Of a stretch of 64,000 bases of DNA, positions 1 to 10,100 are shown one piece after another. The notes beneath the pieces were generated by a model, which worked only from the letters and a program-made list of their open reading frames with translations, did no database searches and was not told where the DNA came from. How positions within the stretch are numbered: position 1 is the first letter of the stretch; every line of letters starts with the position of its first letter. The position numbers and the translations under genes were made by a program. Where the stretch lies: IMG/VR virus record IMGVR_UViG_3300009514_000001, positions 62,001 through 126,000 of that record; one strand, given 5' to 3'.

Positions 1-462
1 CCAGTAATGGGCGATGCCGATACTGAACTCGTCCACAGAAACCCAGCTCTTGGGGTCTCGGCTGAACTTGCCCCCCGGCCTCCATCCGCTGACCAAACGG
101 AACATGGCGTCGTGCCACCTACCGTGTGAGGTGAAGGACTCCCAAGCTGGGGCCCTGATGGGATACCTGAGGTCTCCGGGTTCTTGGGCATGGTCGTACC
201 CCCAGCGAGGGACGAAGATGGGCATGGGATGGAGGGTGAGCATCTCCTCGGAGAACGGTCCGTACCGGTGAACCAGCTCCTCTTGAGTGCCCGGTCCAAG
301 CATCCCGTCAACGGTCAGCCTGAGGGCCTTCTGTTGCATCTCCACCCAGGCGACGCCGGCGAGAGTCGTCGGGTCAACCATGACACCGGTGGACTGGCAG
401 AGGAAAGGACCGGGAGCGCGCTTGCGGTTGTAGGCAATGGCCTTGTCGACATTGACAGCCAT
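1..462 (-). CDS. Partial ORF running off the window edge; peptidoglycan-binding-domain protein, possible endolysin
   Basis: Not in the ORF track because it has no stop in the window. Hand translation from ATG 462 (preceded by AGGAGG) stays open to base 1: MAVNVDKAIAYNRK...QQKALRLTVDGMLGPGTQEEL...SIGIAHYW. The Q...L.VDG..GP.T motif resembles PG_binding_1. Confidence 0.65.
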   Translation of the reverse strand, partial: MAVNVDKAIAYNRKRAPGPFLCQSTGVMVDPTTLAGVAWVEMQQKALRLTVDGMLGPGTQEELVHRYGPFSEEMLTLHPMPIFVPRWGYDHAQEPGDLRYPIRAPAWESFTSHGRWHDAMFRLVSGWRPGGKFSRDPKSWVSVDEFSIGIAHYW

Positions 463-526
463 GGAGACCTCCTGTGGTGAAGTGTCTTCACCACAGGCGA
501 TTTCATAGGCTGGCTAGTGTCTCAGT

Positions 527-909
527 TCAGTCTCCAAAGAGGTCGAGTATGCCGCCCTCGGAGGGCGCTGTAGTCCGTTCATTCAACACGAAGAGCCGGT
601 CCAGCACTCCGTCCTCGAAATTCTGGTCGTGTTCGGTGTAGGGCGGGACGTCTAGGTCACCCCACCCGTAGGCTTTGAGGACCTCTCGGTCCATCTCTTC
701 GTGAAGCTGTTGGAGTTCGGGCAGCTCACCGGCCTTGATGGTGTTGTACAACTTCGTCAGGCCTTTCTGGTTCGAGGCCATCCACTTGGCCCGGGCCGCA
801 TAGAGACGCTGAGAACGGTGGAGCCCTGATGAATTGACCCTTCGTTGGCCTCTAGGGGCAAGGGGTCCGGACGCTCAGGACCTCGACGTAGACGGGAGTT
901 CAACGTCAT
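527..909 (-). pseudogene. Internally deleted, frameshifted paralogue of the MmeI-type TRD gene at 34551-35525
   Basis: ATG 909 reads MTLNSRLRRGPERPDPLPLEANEGSIHQGSTVL, matching the paralogue N-terminus. It then joins out of frame to QRLYAARAKWMASNQKGLTKLYN...GGILDLFGD, matching the paralogue C-terminus. Confidence 0.85.
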
Positions 910-1199
910 GCTGCGTTCCTCTCCGTGTGATGTCCGCCTCGTGGCCAGACCTTGGTCACAGGCTTCCTGCGCTGTCGAGTGTACCTCACCGTCGACCAGG
1001 TGTCAGGCGGGTGGACGACGATGAAGAACCCCAGTTCTCTGGCGATGCTGTGGGCCTGCTCGTCGGCCCCGACACAATCTCCATGGTGGAAGACGGGCTG
1101 TGTGTTGCAGCGCTCTACGATGCGTCTGAGGAGCTTGTAGAGGGTCTGTCGCTGGAGGTCCGTCAGACCATCCCGTGTGCCAGTGAACCCTACGTGCAT
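906..1199 (-). CDS. SLOG/YspA-like protein, probably internally shortened
   Basis: VGFTGTR, HHGDCVGADEQAH and TWSTVRY motifs; HPP runs straight into DTWSTVRY. Confidence 0.6.
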   Translation of the reverse strand: MHVGFTGTRDGLTDLQRQTLYKLLRRIVERCNTQPVFHHGDCVGADEQAHSIARELGFFIVVHPPDTWSTVRYTRQRRKPVTKVWPRGGHHTERNAA

Positions 1200-1876
1200 C
1201 GCCTCGGCGGGACCAAAACCTCGAAGGAGTAGTCCTCCACCCCGAGGTGTTCGAGATAGAGGTCACAGACCCGAGTGAACCCCTTGTGGACAAGAACCCG
1301 CAGACGCTTCACGACCTGCCAGGTGGCTGGGTACTTGGACGCCAGTTGGCGGTCGCTCGAAAAGGGAGCCTTGGGCTTGAAGAAGTCCGGGTGGAGCTTG
1401 AGGGCCTTGACGATCTCTGCGCCCAGGAACTTGAGGGCGTCCTGAGTCTGCTTTGTCGCGGCCACCAGCAAGGAACCGTCCGTCAGAAGGGCTCGTTGCT
1501 CGCAGAGTTGAATGGCCTGGAAGAGGAATGGCTCTTCACTAAACTTGAAGTTTAGAATCTTGCCACCGGGGAGAAGGTTCTCCGTCGGCTTCACAACCTG
1601 GAGCCCGTCCGACGGAGATGTAGAGACCCTCAGCTTGACCGTGCCGTAGAGCAACATCTGTTTGACCAGATGCCCCGAGAGCGTGGTGAACTCCTCGTTG
1701 AACCTGGCCAGGCCCCCTGCCACGGACTTGTCCGGGGACTCCGTCCACTGGTAGCGAGGGCGAGTGGCCAGGTTGAGCTGCAAGGTCAGGGCTCGAAGGC
1801 GGTCAACAGCCTGTCCGAGGATTGGATAGGTCTGGAGGGCCTGGTTGATGTGTTCGACTTGGTCCACAGCTCTCAC
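1190..1876 (-). CDS. Hypothetical protein, 228 aa
   Basis: Protein-like ORF co-oriented with and abutting its neighbours. Confidence 0.7.
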   Translation of the reverse strand: MRAVDQVEHINQALQTYPILGQAVDRLRALTLQLNLATRPRYQWTESPDKSVAGGLARFNEEFTTLSGHLVKQMLLYGTVKLRVSTSPSDGLQVVKPTENLLPGGKILNFKFSEEPFLFQAIQLCEQRALLTDGSLLVAATKQTQDALKFLGAEIVKALKLHPDFFKPKAPFSSDRQLASKYPATWQVVKRLRVLVHKGFTRVCDLYLEHLGVEDYSFEVLVPPRRCT

Positions 1877-2036
1877 CGGATTTCTTGGGACACCACGACG
1901 GCTTCTCCCCTCCTACCTTAGGGTATTTTCCACCAAAGCGTGCACGTTGCGCTGCGTCCTTGTGTCGGCATTGCCCGAAAGCTCTCTTGTGCTGGCCATT
2001 GAACGATACAAAGAAAGAACACTTTGTGCAGGTCAT
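1803..2036 (-). CDS. Small Cys-rich hypothetical protein
   Basis: CTKC...C...PSWCP pattern and ATGA coupling to the upstream stop, but a 74-nt overlap with the next ORF. Confidence 0.45.
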   Translation of the reverse strand: MTCTKCSFFVSFNGQHKRAFGQCRHKDAAQRARFGGKYPKVGGEKPSWCPKKSGESCGPSRTHQPGPPDLSNPRTGC

Positions 2037-3049
2037 TCCTCTCCTCGCATTCGGTAGGTTCGCCCCTCCACCTTACCCAGGGACTCGTCGCCGCGCTTGT
2101 ACGGCTTGATATATCGGAATTGGTAGCGGGGGTCGTCCCGAGGACCGCACGGAACCCACCGGCCGTGACCTCGGACCCAGTGCTCCCGAAACCCCTTTCC
2201 GGCCTCATGGCGGACGTCGGACAGCTCGCTCTCGATGCCGGGACCCACGTAGGTGATGGTCGTGGGTGGAGGCATCTTGTCCTGGAGACGACTCCTGGCA
2301 GACCGTCCGGGACGCATGCTGGCCATGCGCTTCTGGAGCTTCTGCCGCCGCTTCTGATTCGGTTGGGTGATTTTGAGATCGGGATTGTCGGTCCCGATGT
2401 AAAGCATCATGTTGAACACCGTCCGGATGACCTTGCGACAAGTCCCATCGAGGATCTTGTCAATCTCGGGGTTGGTCTTTTCGAAGGAGACGTAGCCCTT
2501 GTGGACAGGACGATGTCCCGGAGCCCCCAAAATGAGGTCGACAACGGCCTCCAGATTGCCAAGCTCAGAGGCGTTATCCATGTCCATAGTCATCCACAAG
2601 GTGGCGTCGTCCCCCAGGTCTTTGGACCTCTCATTCGGCTCCCCCCAGAACAGGAGATGGAGGACCCGTCGGTCTTCCTCATCGAACCTCTCAGCCATGT
2701 AGACACCACGGACCTTGTGCCACTGACTCCGAGAGCCTCCCCAGAGCAACCACTCGCAATCGGGTAAGGCCACGTAGAAGCCCTGATATGGGATGCTCAG
2801 GGTGTCGACGGGAACCCTGGCAATAGACGTCTGGGAGAACATCTCCTGAAGCTCGGACCCCACACAGAACACCTGGTGGCCGTTTCGACGGTACATCCAG
2901 ATGGCGAAGAGAAGCTCGAATGCCGAACGGTCCTGGCTGTTCGCCTCGATGATTTGCAAGGCATGGTCTGCGGGTAGTGTCTTCAGTGCGTCCAGAGTCG
3001 AGCTGGCCTGGGGCTGAACCCTACGGAACATGTCGTCGTGTGGCTTCAT
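2033..3049 (-). CDS. Phage hypothetical protein, 338 aa
   Basis: Long ORF whose C-terminal HWVRGH.R....G....YIKPYKRGD motif I recognise from uncharacterised phage proteins. Confidence 0.8.
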   Translation of the reverse strand: MKPHDDMFRRVQPQASSTLDALKTLPADHALQIIEANSQDRSAFELLFAIWMYRRNGHQVFCVGSELQEMFSQTSIARVPVDTLSIPYQGFYVALPDCEWLLWGGSRSQWHKVRGVYMAERFDEEDRRVLHLLFWGEPNERSKDLGDDATLWMTMDMDNASELGNLEAVVDLILGAPGHRPVHKGYVSFEKTNPEIDKILDGTCRKVIRTVFNMMLYIGTDNPDLKITQPNQKRRQKLQKRMASMRPGRSARSRLQDKMPPPTTITYVGPGIESELSDVRHEAGKGFREHWVRGHGRWVPCGPRDDPRYQFRYIKPYKRGDESLGKVEGRTYRMRGEE

Positions 3050-3610
3050 GGTTGCCTCTGTGTGCTCTCTGCCGTTACATACGACCCCTGACCAACAATA
3101 GGACCTACCTCACTTGCAAAGACCACCCTCGGAAAGTGAAACGACTGCTGAGAGAGCGATACCGTTCTAAACGGGACAGTTCCTTGGGAGTCGTCCAGCG
3201 GCGCAAGCCGCCTAACGCGCCCCACCGTTGGGCCGGAAGCTTACTACCAGGGTACGACCGCCAGGTCGGACTGGCACAGCTTCAAATTCGATACCTAGCT
3301 TTGCCTAGGTTTTGAAGAACGGTTGGAAGGGGTTGCCCTCAGCCTCACGAAGTCACGTCTGACGGTACTTTTCGAGGCCGAGGACTTGTAAGGGGGGTCG
3401 GCAAACCCTCCGCCAACTAAAAGTCACCCCCTCTGACCCCATGCAGAATTAGTAGGCAAACCCCCTCTAGACCCCCACGGCCTAGTTCGCCTTTGTTTCT
3501 AGAGACTTACAACACAGGAAGATCCGAAAAGTCGTCTCACTAAGTCGAGGTGGCTTCTCCGGGTCGTTTCGGGCATATTGCCTCAAAACCGCCAGGGGCA
3601 AGGGCACACC

Positions 3611-3644
3611 GTTGTGTCAGTCTTCTGACACAAGCTGACACAAC
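3611..3644. repeat. Hairpin plus 10-bp tandem repeat just after the stop at 3644
   Basis: GTTGTGTCAG tctt CTGACACAAG CTGACACAAC: the left arm can pair with either right copy; no U-tract. Confidence 0.55.
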
Positions 3645-3907
3645 TACAGGTCGTCCTTCAGCTCCTTCAGCCCCCTCAGTAACTCCGTCATGTCGTTCTG
3701 GAGGGCTCTCACCCTTGACTGACCCTTCCTCGCTTCATACTCCGAGGCCACCATCACCAGGGCCTTTGCCAGGTCTGGGGGCACGCGCTCCAGGACTACA
3801 CCGGGACGCATGGCGGGGAGAATGTCACACCACCTCTGGTCGTCCTCCTCATAGAAGAACATAATCCAGGGCGGCTCGTGATACTGGGGCTTCGGCCGGT
3901 CGTCCAT
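3644..3907 (-). CDS. Hypothetical protein, 87 aa
   Basis: Protein-like ORF with a coiled-coil-like C-terminus. Confidence 0.7.
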   Translation of the reverse strand: MDDRPKPQYHEPPWIMFFYEEDDQRWCDILPAMRPGVVLERVPPDLAKALVMVASEYEARKGQSRVRALQNDMTELLRGLKELKDDL

Positions 3908-3910
3908 GGG

Positions 3911-4027
3911 TTACCTGAAAGAGAAGCAGTTTCGGCAGAGGGCCTCGTATGCCTCAGAGCCTCCGATGCGAACCTCTGAGCCGGCCTTCTGACCCTTGTA
4001 GTGTGTGGTGTGCTGGAAGTGTACACC
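3911..4027 (-). pseudogene. tdk: Thymidine kinase C-terminal remnant
   Basis: HTTHYKG..GSEVRIGGSEAYEALCRNCF* matches the TK1-type IGG.E.Y...CR.C motif; no in-frame start between it and the upstream stop at 4051. Confidence 0.7.
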
Positions 4028-4050
4028 AGGGAGGGGAGGGGGGGAACCGA

Positions 4051-4773
4051 TCAGTCGCTGAAAGCCTGAGACACCGACTTGAGGATATAGCGGCGGTTCT
4101 TCTCTGTCAGGTGAGGACTGACTCGGAGCCACGCCTGGCTCGTCCTCATGAACAGCTTGAACCCCTTGGTCGGACCGAGCAACCGCAGGAACTTGTCCCA
4201 CTTGTCGCGGTGCCTCTCCAGCTCGTGGATGATTTCCTGGAGGTACGCCCGCACCTCGGTCGGCTGGTTGTAATAGTCCTCCAGGCTCGTCTCGGCCTCA
4301 GAGGGAACGTCGGAGCCTCCACTGGCATAGCCCTCCGCCGGGTCCGCGATGTGGGTCAGCTCGTGCATCAAGACCTTCTCGACCTCTTTCTTGACGAAGT
4401 CGCCAGTGGAGCGGGCGAACCCGCTCCACTGCGAGGGCGACCACGACCCATTCAGAATGACGACCACTACCGGCTGTCCCGTCCTCTTCACGGTGCCGGC
4501 TCCGCCCGACAACACCGGCTCTTTGGACCGAGGTGCGGGAGAGGTCTCCAGACGCACCAGGATGTCGAGAGTGCGACCGTCCGCCGTGTCGATGGTGAAC
4601 GGCATGCCTCGATGCAAGACCTTACGCCCCCAGGGCCTGTCGGAAGCGGGGAGGCGGACCAGGAACTTGTTGATGTCGTCAGACAGGACAGAGATACGCC
4701 TCTTTGGGATTCGGATGGCTCGGGCGCACACCGAGTAAGCAATGGCCACCCGTCTGGCGATGTGGTGTCTCAT
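4051..4773 (-). CDS. Putative zincin-like metallopeptidase
   Basis: LMHELTH (HExxH) and YYNQPTEVRAY; the ATG at 4773 overlaps the upstream TGA (ATGA). Confidence 0.75.
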   Translation of the reverse strand: MRHHIARRVAIAYSVCARAIRIPKRRISVLSDDINKFLVRLPASDRPWGRKVLHRGMPFTIDTADGRTLDILVRLETSPAPRSKEPVLSGGAGTVKRTGQPVVVVILNGSWSPSQWSGFARSTGDFVKKEVEKVLMHELTHIADPAEGYASGGSDVPSEAETSLEDYYNQPTEVRAYLQEIIHELERHRDKWDKFLRLLGPTKGFKLFMRTSQAWLRVSPHLTEKNRRYILKSVSQAFSD

Positions 4774-7019
4774 AGTCCGTAGTCGTCCATCTTGCGATGG
4801 AGGAGGTCGATCTGTCGGTCGGTAGGCCAGTCGCGGCCACCTTCCGTGAGCTGTTTGCCCACACTGGCGACGAACTCCATCGTCCACTGGGCGTCCTTCT
4901 CTCGGCGGGGGTCCTTGGTCGACTCGGACCGCTTCTTGGCAGCCACCCACAGCTTGCGCATGTCCCCCAGGAGAGCCTTTCGGCGCTCCTCCTGGGCCGA
5001 GTCCTTCGCGGGAGCCTGGGGTTCGGGGGCGGGTGCTGCGGGTGCTGCCGGCCCCGCCTCTACCGCGGTATCAACGGTCGCATACAGCTCTTCGAGTTCG
5101 CGGTCGCCACCGCCACTGTCCCGGAACCTCTTGTGAGCCTCTGTGACGGCGGGGACTCGTTCTACCCAATCCGGAAACTCCCCGTCGCGAAGCCAGGTGT
5201 CCCAGACCCGTTTGAACTCCGCACGCTCTCCTTTCCTCCCCCTCTCCTCTGCCTCCTGCTCTTCATTGCGGCGGGGAACACCCCGAAGGGCATCCTGGAC
5301 ACGCCCCTCCATGTCGGTCTTCTCCCGGAGGGTCAGGACGCCGCCCCTCTGGACCTTGTAGTAGTACCTACGGAGGTCGTCGTCGCCATCCCATCCGGGG
5401 ACCTGGTCGATGGCCGTGAGAATGGTCGAGGTGTACTTCTCTTTGTCGGCCCGGGAAGGTCCGATCTCAGCGAGAGCCTCATAGAAGGGCTGGCTGTCGA
5501 GGTAGGTCGACTTGAATGCCTTGGCTGCCTTGAGGAGGGTCGTCCGCCAGTTCTTCGTGCGCTTGAAGTGACTCTTGCCCTGGGCCTTCTTGTTCAGGGT
5601 CCGCCCCGTCAGAAGACTCACCAGACGCATCTGCATCGAGCCCTTGGCGTAGCCCACGGACTTGCCCGACTGGGCCTGACTGGAGCCCACCTCGATGCAG
5701 ACGCCCTTACTCAGGTGGATGCGGTAGACGCCTCGGGTGCCCGGCTTGACGTCCCACTTCTTGCCGACGGCGCGTGTGGCGTCGGCTACCCAGTCTTCGA
5801 ACTCCTCGCGGCTGATGTCAACGTAGGTCGTTGCCGCGTCTCGCCACTGGGAACCTTCGTCCCAGAGTTGCTCCAGGGTCTTGGCGGACTTTTTAACCGT
5901 TCGCCACCCCTTGAGTAGGGCATTTTGGACTTCCTTGAGATCGAGACCAGGATTCAAGTTGGACTGCCTGACCCAGACACCGCTATAGGCACTTTGGAGC
6001 CATCTCTTGAGGTCCTGCTCTGTCCACCCTTTCCGCTTGGCCTGTCCACCGACGGCGTAGGCCACGTCTTCCGAAGTCCTGGCCGGGTCGGAGGAACGAA
6101 ACATTGAGAAGGCTTGGACCGCCACTTGGGTCAACCACTTCTCGTCCGGAGCACTCTTGGGCAGGCTGCCCTTCTTCCCCAACACAATTTCTTGAAGAAG
6201 ACCAAACCAGGGCGCATACCTGGACTTCAACTCAGATGGATTCAGGAACAGGGCGGCAAAAGCGTCGGCGAAAGCCTCCTCCGCATTGAACTGGCCGTAT
6301 GGAAGGGACGGTGTGTCCCAAACGTCGATGCCATACTCCGGGGCCTTCGCGGTGTATTTGCGATATCCGTACTCGGAGAGAAAGTAATGGCCGATCTCAT
6401 GAGCCATAACCCAGGTCTGCGCCTCAAAGTCGAGGTCCCAGAACTTAGGGTAAATCTTGATGGAGCGTCCTTGTTGACGCGCCTCGGGATGACTTCCACC
6501 ACCGCCACTCACTTCTCGGATGTCCTTGGGAGCAAATTTGCGAAGGCGGCTGTTCCGGCGAAAGAACTCCTTCAGAAAGGAGTCCAGACGATTGCTAGAG
6601 GCTTCGACCTTCCTGTCGACCACAACAGAACCTTCCACAACAACCTCCTCTGAGAAAGGGAGCGAGCCCCTCGACCAGTAATCCCTCGCGAGGGACTCAA
6701 TCGACTCCCAGTCACCTTTTCGAGCACGCTCCACGGCCATCGTATAGTACTCTGGGTTGGCTACATGTGTCTTCCCCCTCACAGACACCTCGAACACACC
6801 CCCCGGAGCAAACAGACTATCATCAGGACGACAAAAACCCTCTGATTTGCGACACACGAACCGAGCGCCGAGACGAGAGGGTTTTGAAGGATATTGCTCT
6901 CGTCGAACAGCCTCGAACACCTCGTCAACTTTGGCTTGAATACCCGTCGGAGACCAACCCGGCACCCGGAACCCTGGTCTTACGGGGTCTGTCTTTGAGG
7001 CTCTCCAGAAATACCTCAT
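4770..7019 (-). CDS. Multidomain protein, 749 aa: N-terminal DUF2441/ADP-ribosyltransferase-like domain, HExxH metallopeptidase and unknown domains
   Basis: EVFEAVRREQYPSKPSRL..F and YW.....SEEVVVEG; MAHEIGH...NAEEAFADAFA. Confidence 0.7.
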   Translation of the reverse strand: MRYFWRASKTDPVRPGFRVPGWSPTGIQAKVDEVFEAVRREQYPSKPSRLGARFVCRKSEGFCRPDDSLFAPGGVFEVSVRGKTHVANPEYYTMAVERARKGDWESIESLARDYWSRGSLPFSEEVVVEGSVVVDRKVEASSNRLDSFLKEFFRRNSRLRKFAPKDIREVSGGGGSHPEARQQGRSIKIYPKFWDLDFEAQTWVMAHEIGHYFLSEYGYRKYTAKAPEYGIDVWDTPSLPYGQFNAEEAFADAFAALFLNPSELKSRYAPWFGLLQEIVLGKKGSLPKSAPDEKWLTQVAVQAFSMFRSSDPARTSEDVAYAVGGQAKRKGWTEQDLKRWLQSAYSGVWVRQSNLNPGLDLKEVQNALLKGWRTVKKSAKTLEQLWDEGSQWRDAATTYVDISREEFEDWVADATRAVGKKWDVKPGTRGVYRIHLSKGVCIEVGSSQAQSGKSVGYAKGSMQMRLVSLLTGRTLNKKAQGKSHFKRTKNWRTTLLKAAKAFKSTYLDSQPFYEALAEIGPSRADKEKYTSTILTAIDQVPGWDGDDDLRRYYYKVQRGGVLTLREKTDMEGRVQDALRGVPRRNEEQEAEERGRKGERAEFKRVWDTWLRDGEFPDWVERVPAVTEAHKRFRDSGGGDRELEELYATVDTAVEAGPAAPAAPAPEPQAPAKDSAQEERRKALLGDMRKLWVAAKKRSESTKDPRREKDAQWTMEFVASVGKQLTEGGRDWPTDRQIDLLHRKMDDYGL

Positions 7020-7126
7020 GACCCACTCCAGGTCGACGTGACAGCCATCTCCTGGCCGTCAAACGTCGTTGTTGTCGGAGGGGCCGCCCCCAGCCTCCAT
7101 GCCTCATTGCAGTGTTCGCAGGTCAC
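7016..7126 (-). CDS. 36-aa CxxC micro-protein
   Basis: GTG at 7126 overlaps the helicase TGA, and its own TGA overlaps the ATG at 7019; reads MTCEHCNEAWRLG... Confidence 0.6.
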   Translation of the reverse strand: MTCEHCNEAWRLGAAPPTTTTFDGQEMAVTSTWSGS

Positions 7127-10100
7127 ATGTCCTCCGGGAGGAACTCGCCCCACTTGGCCCTCAGTTCCTCGGGACCATTTTGGCGTGAGGAGAAGCGACT
7201 CAGGATGTCCTCTGAGGGCCACTCGACGTCTGGTAGGTCTTGGGCCAGGAGCTGGTCCGCCTCGACGTCAGAAAGCCACGAGGACGTCCTCTCGGTGAAG
7301 TCTTCGCTGGGGATGCAACCCTCGGTGACGAACCGACTGGGCTTGCTCCTAATCGTAACCCCCTTCTTGGTGGTACCCAAAACGTCGGGCCGGACAATGG
7401 TCACCGAATCCTCGCCGCGGGTTACGGCCACGTAGGCCAGGCGGCGCTCGGACGCGATGTCTTCCTCAGACTCCGAATTCGGGTGTGGGAAGCCGCCGTG
7501 CCCAGGACCACCCCCCTCCCACATGGGGACGAACAGATGGGGAGCCTCCAGGCCCTTCCATCCGTGGACGGTGTCGAGCTGAACGGCATTGACCGCAGCG
7601 TCGAAATCGGGGTCATTCGGGTTGTCAGACTTCTGGAGCTTGGCGTTGGCTCGCTCCAGTTCCGACATGTAGGACGCGAACTCGTCGATACTGGGGTATG
7701 ACGAAGCGGCTGTCTTCAGGATGGTCAGAGGGCCTAGAGCATAGTCCTCAATGGCCTGCTCCAGGGTGACATCCTCAGTCCCCTTGAGTGCGCTGGCCGA
7801 GACATCCTCCATCGCCTTAGCGTCGTTCTTGACCCGCTCGACGAGGTTGTCGGTGATGCTCTTGTCGTCCTGACCACCCTTGCGGTCAAGGATGTAGTTG
7901 AGCAGCCCCTGGGTGTCGAGAGGAGTGTCTCGATCTTTGCTGCTGAGGAGAGTAATCTCCTGGAGATAGTCGGCGAAGGGCTTGACGTACTCCCGGTTGC
8001 GTCGCCGTGCACGGCCGACGTAGACCTCATCCCAACCGCCACCGAGGAGCCAGGCCAGGAGGTTCTTACCTCTCGCCTTGGAAGCCGCCTTCTTGAAGGT
8101 GTTGATTGAGATGCCCCAGTTCAAAGACCTGAGGGCATCCAGGACCAGGGGGTCGACCCTCTTGGCCGGCTCCGTGAGAGCCGAAGCCCCCATATTGGAG
8201 AGTTGCATCAGACTCAGGACGGACTTGGCCGGGCCCTTGAAGAAGTTGTACTTGGACCGGAACGGGATGCCGAGCTGAATCATGGCAACCCCGTACTCGT
8301 AGGCCTCGCGGTTGGTCCTCACGGCAATGCCGAAGTCCCGGGCCTTGAGAGAAGCATCGTCACCCTGAACCTGGTCGGCGATGGCCTGAGCAACGTAGGG
8401 ACCGAGGGCCTCCCGGGACGGAACCGTGACCTCTCGGATGCTGCCCTCACCCTTGCGTTCGACGTTCGCCTGGCAGACCATCTTGATCTGCTTCTCGTTG
8501 TGGGCAATCATCTGGTTCGCCGCGTCGACGATGGCCGAGCCGGACCGATAGTTCATCCGCAGAATCTTCGTCTCGAACCCTTCGCCGCCGGGAGTCAGGT
8601 CCGACTTCTCGATGAAGAGGTCGGGGTCAGCTCCGCGGAAGCTGTAAATAGAGTTGTGTGAGAGGATGCCGTTGGCGAAGAAGTTGGAGGCGTCTTCAAC
8701 ATCCAGGTCGACGAACTTGGTGTCCTCCGTCCGATTTACGGCGACCACCTTCTCTTGGACGATGGTGTACTGGGCACCTTCCGGAAGGTTGGGTCCGCTG
8801 ATGGCCCTCCCCTTGAACATGGGGACCAACACCGGAACTGTCATACCGGGCTTGACCGCGGACGCCGTCACCAACCTCATCGGTCCCTCAGGGGTGCTCA
8901 AGCGCCGGGACAGCATTGCCCCGGTCCGTTGCACGACGTCCTGGGCAAATGCGAGCGCGTCGCGATAGTTGGCGAACCACCGGCGAAGACGGTTGCGTCC
9001 TTGGGCGGTCCTCACAAACCGCACCCCCTCCAGGCAGTCGTCCAGGTCGTAGCCGGTCCACTCCATCGCTACCTGAGTGTTCGCTCCAGAGTGGGCAATC
9101 ATGTTGAGGGTACGACGCTTTCGTCCGTGTTTTGTGTAGCTCCGTGACATCCAGTTGGGCAGGTCGAAGCTCAGGTTGCGTGCTTCTAGTAGCCTCCCGC
9201 CGTTCCTTCCGAACTCCCGGAACAAGGTCTCGATACGGTCCTGGTTGAGACCCCTATGCACTCCGTTGAACACTGCGGTGGGGATTCCGTAACGGAGACT
9301 GTACTGAGTCTCTTTCAGGAGGGCCTTTTCGCGGTCCTCACAGACATCGATGACCCAGAGCTTCTCGGCCTTCTCCAGAAAAGCTCTCCCACCGAAATGG
9401 TTGAGGTACTGGGTGTCCTTACCTTTGTTGGTGACACCTACCCGGAACCCCATATCCCGGCGCCACATCAGATAGACGATGTGCTGGCCGCCCTCAGTGA
9501 TGATGTCTCCGACCCACAGCTTATGGTTGGGTGACATCAGGAGGTGCTGTCCACCCTCGGTGATGACATCCAACCCCCAGGTCCACGACGATTTCACAGC
9601 ATGACGTACCTTCTGGGGGACGACTTTGCCGTTGCGGTAGGAAAGGACCACGTCCCCCGGCTGAATAGCCGAGGCGTGCTTGCTGTTTCCTCCTGGTGTT
9701 GCAATGACCGAGTTGGCGGCCACGCACTGCTTGTCGTCTCCAATCAACGCCAGGGTGTCGGCTGTCATGTCTCCGTCTTCCCGTGGCTCCTGTGTTTCAG
9801 GGTCGTAATACCCAGCAACCAGGCCGACAAATAGGTGTTGGCTGTTGTGCGAGAGGATGTCTCCTCCGAAGAAATTGGACGCTCTCTCGACCTCAATATC
9901 GAAGAACTCACCTCCATCGACGAGGGCAACCTCCTCAATTATCTCCAGCTCCACAGAGGATTCGCGCAGAGGAGGCAACGGGTCCTCGGCCCTTCTAAGC
10001 TGCTCTTTCCGCATTAGAGTGTGAAATTTTTCTCTCGCCCCCTTACCCATCCCCGAGCAGTCAATGCCGAGACGAGAGGCCAGTCTTCGGTACTCGGACA

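Noticed and set aside
527-810. Diversity-generating retroelement TR/VR pair with the region near 34551-34840
   Set aside because: Differences are not adenine-specific and no reverse transcriptase is seen.
3050-3643. tRNA or hammerhead ribozyme in the gap
   Set aside because: No cloverleaf or CUGANGA/GAAA core found by eye.
4774-4950. N-terminal extensions given by the ORF track (also 16229-16543, 17785-17862, 27680-27805, 63154-63249)
   Set aside because: They overlap upstream genes; internal starts with an RBS or stop/start coupling fit better.
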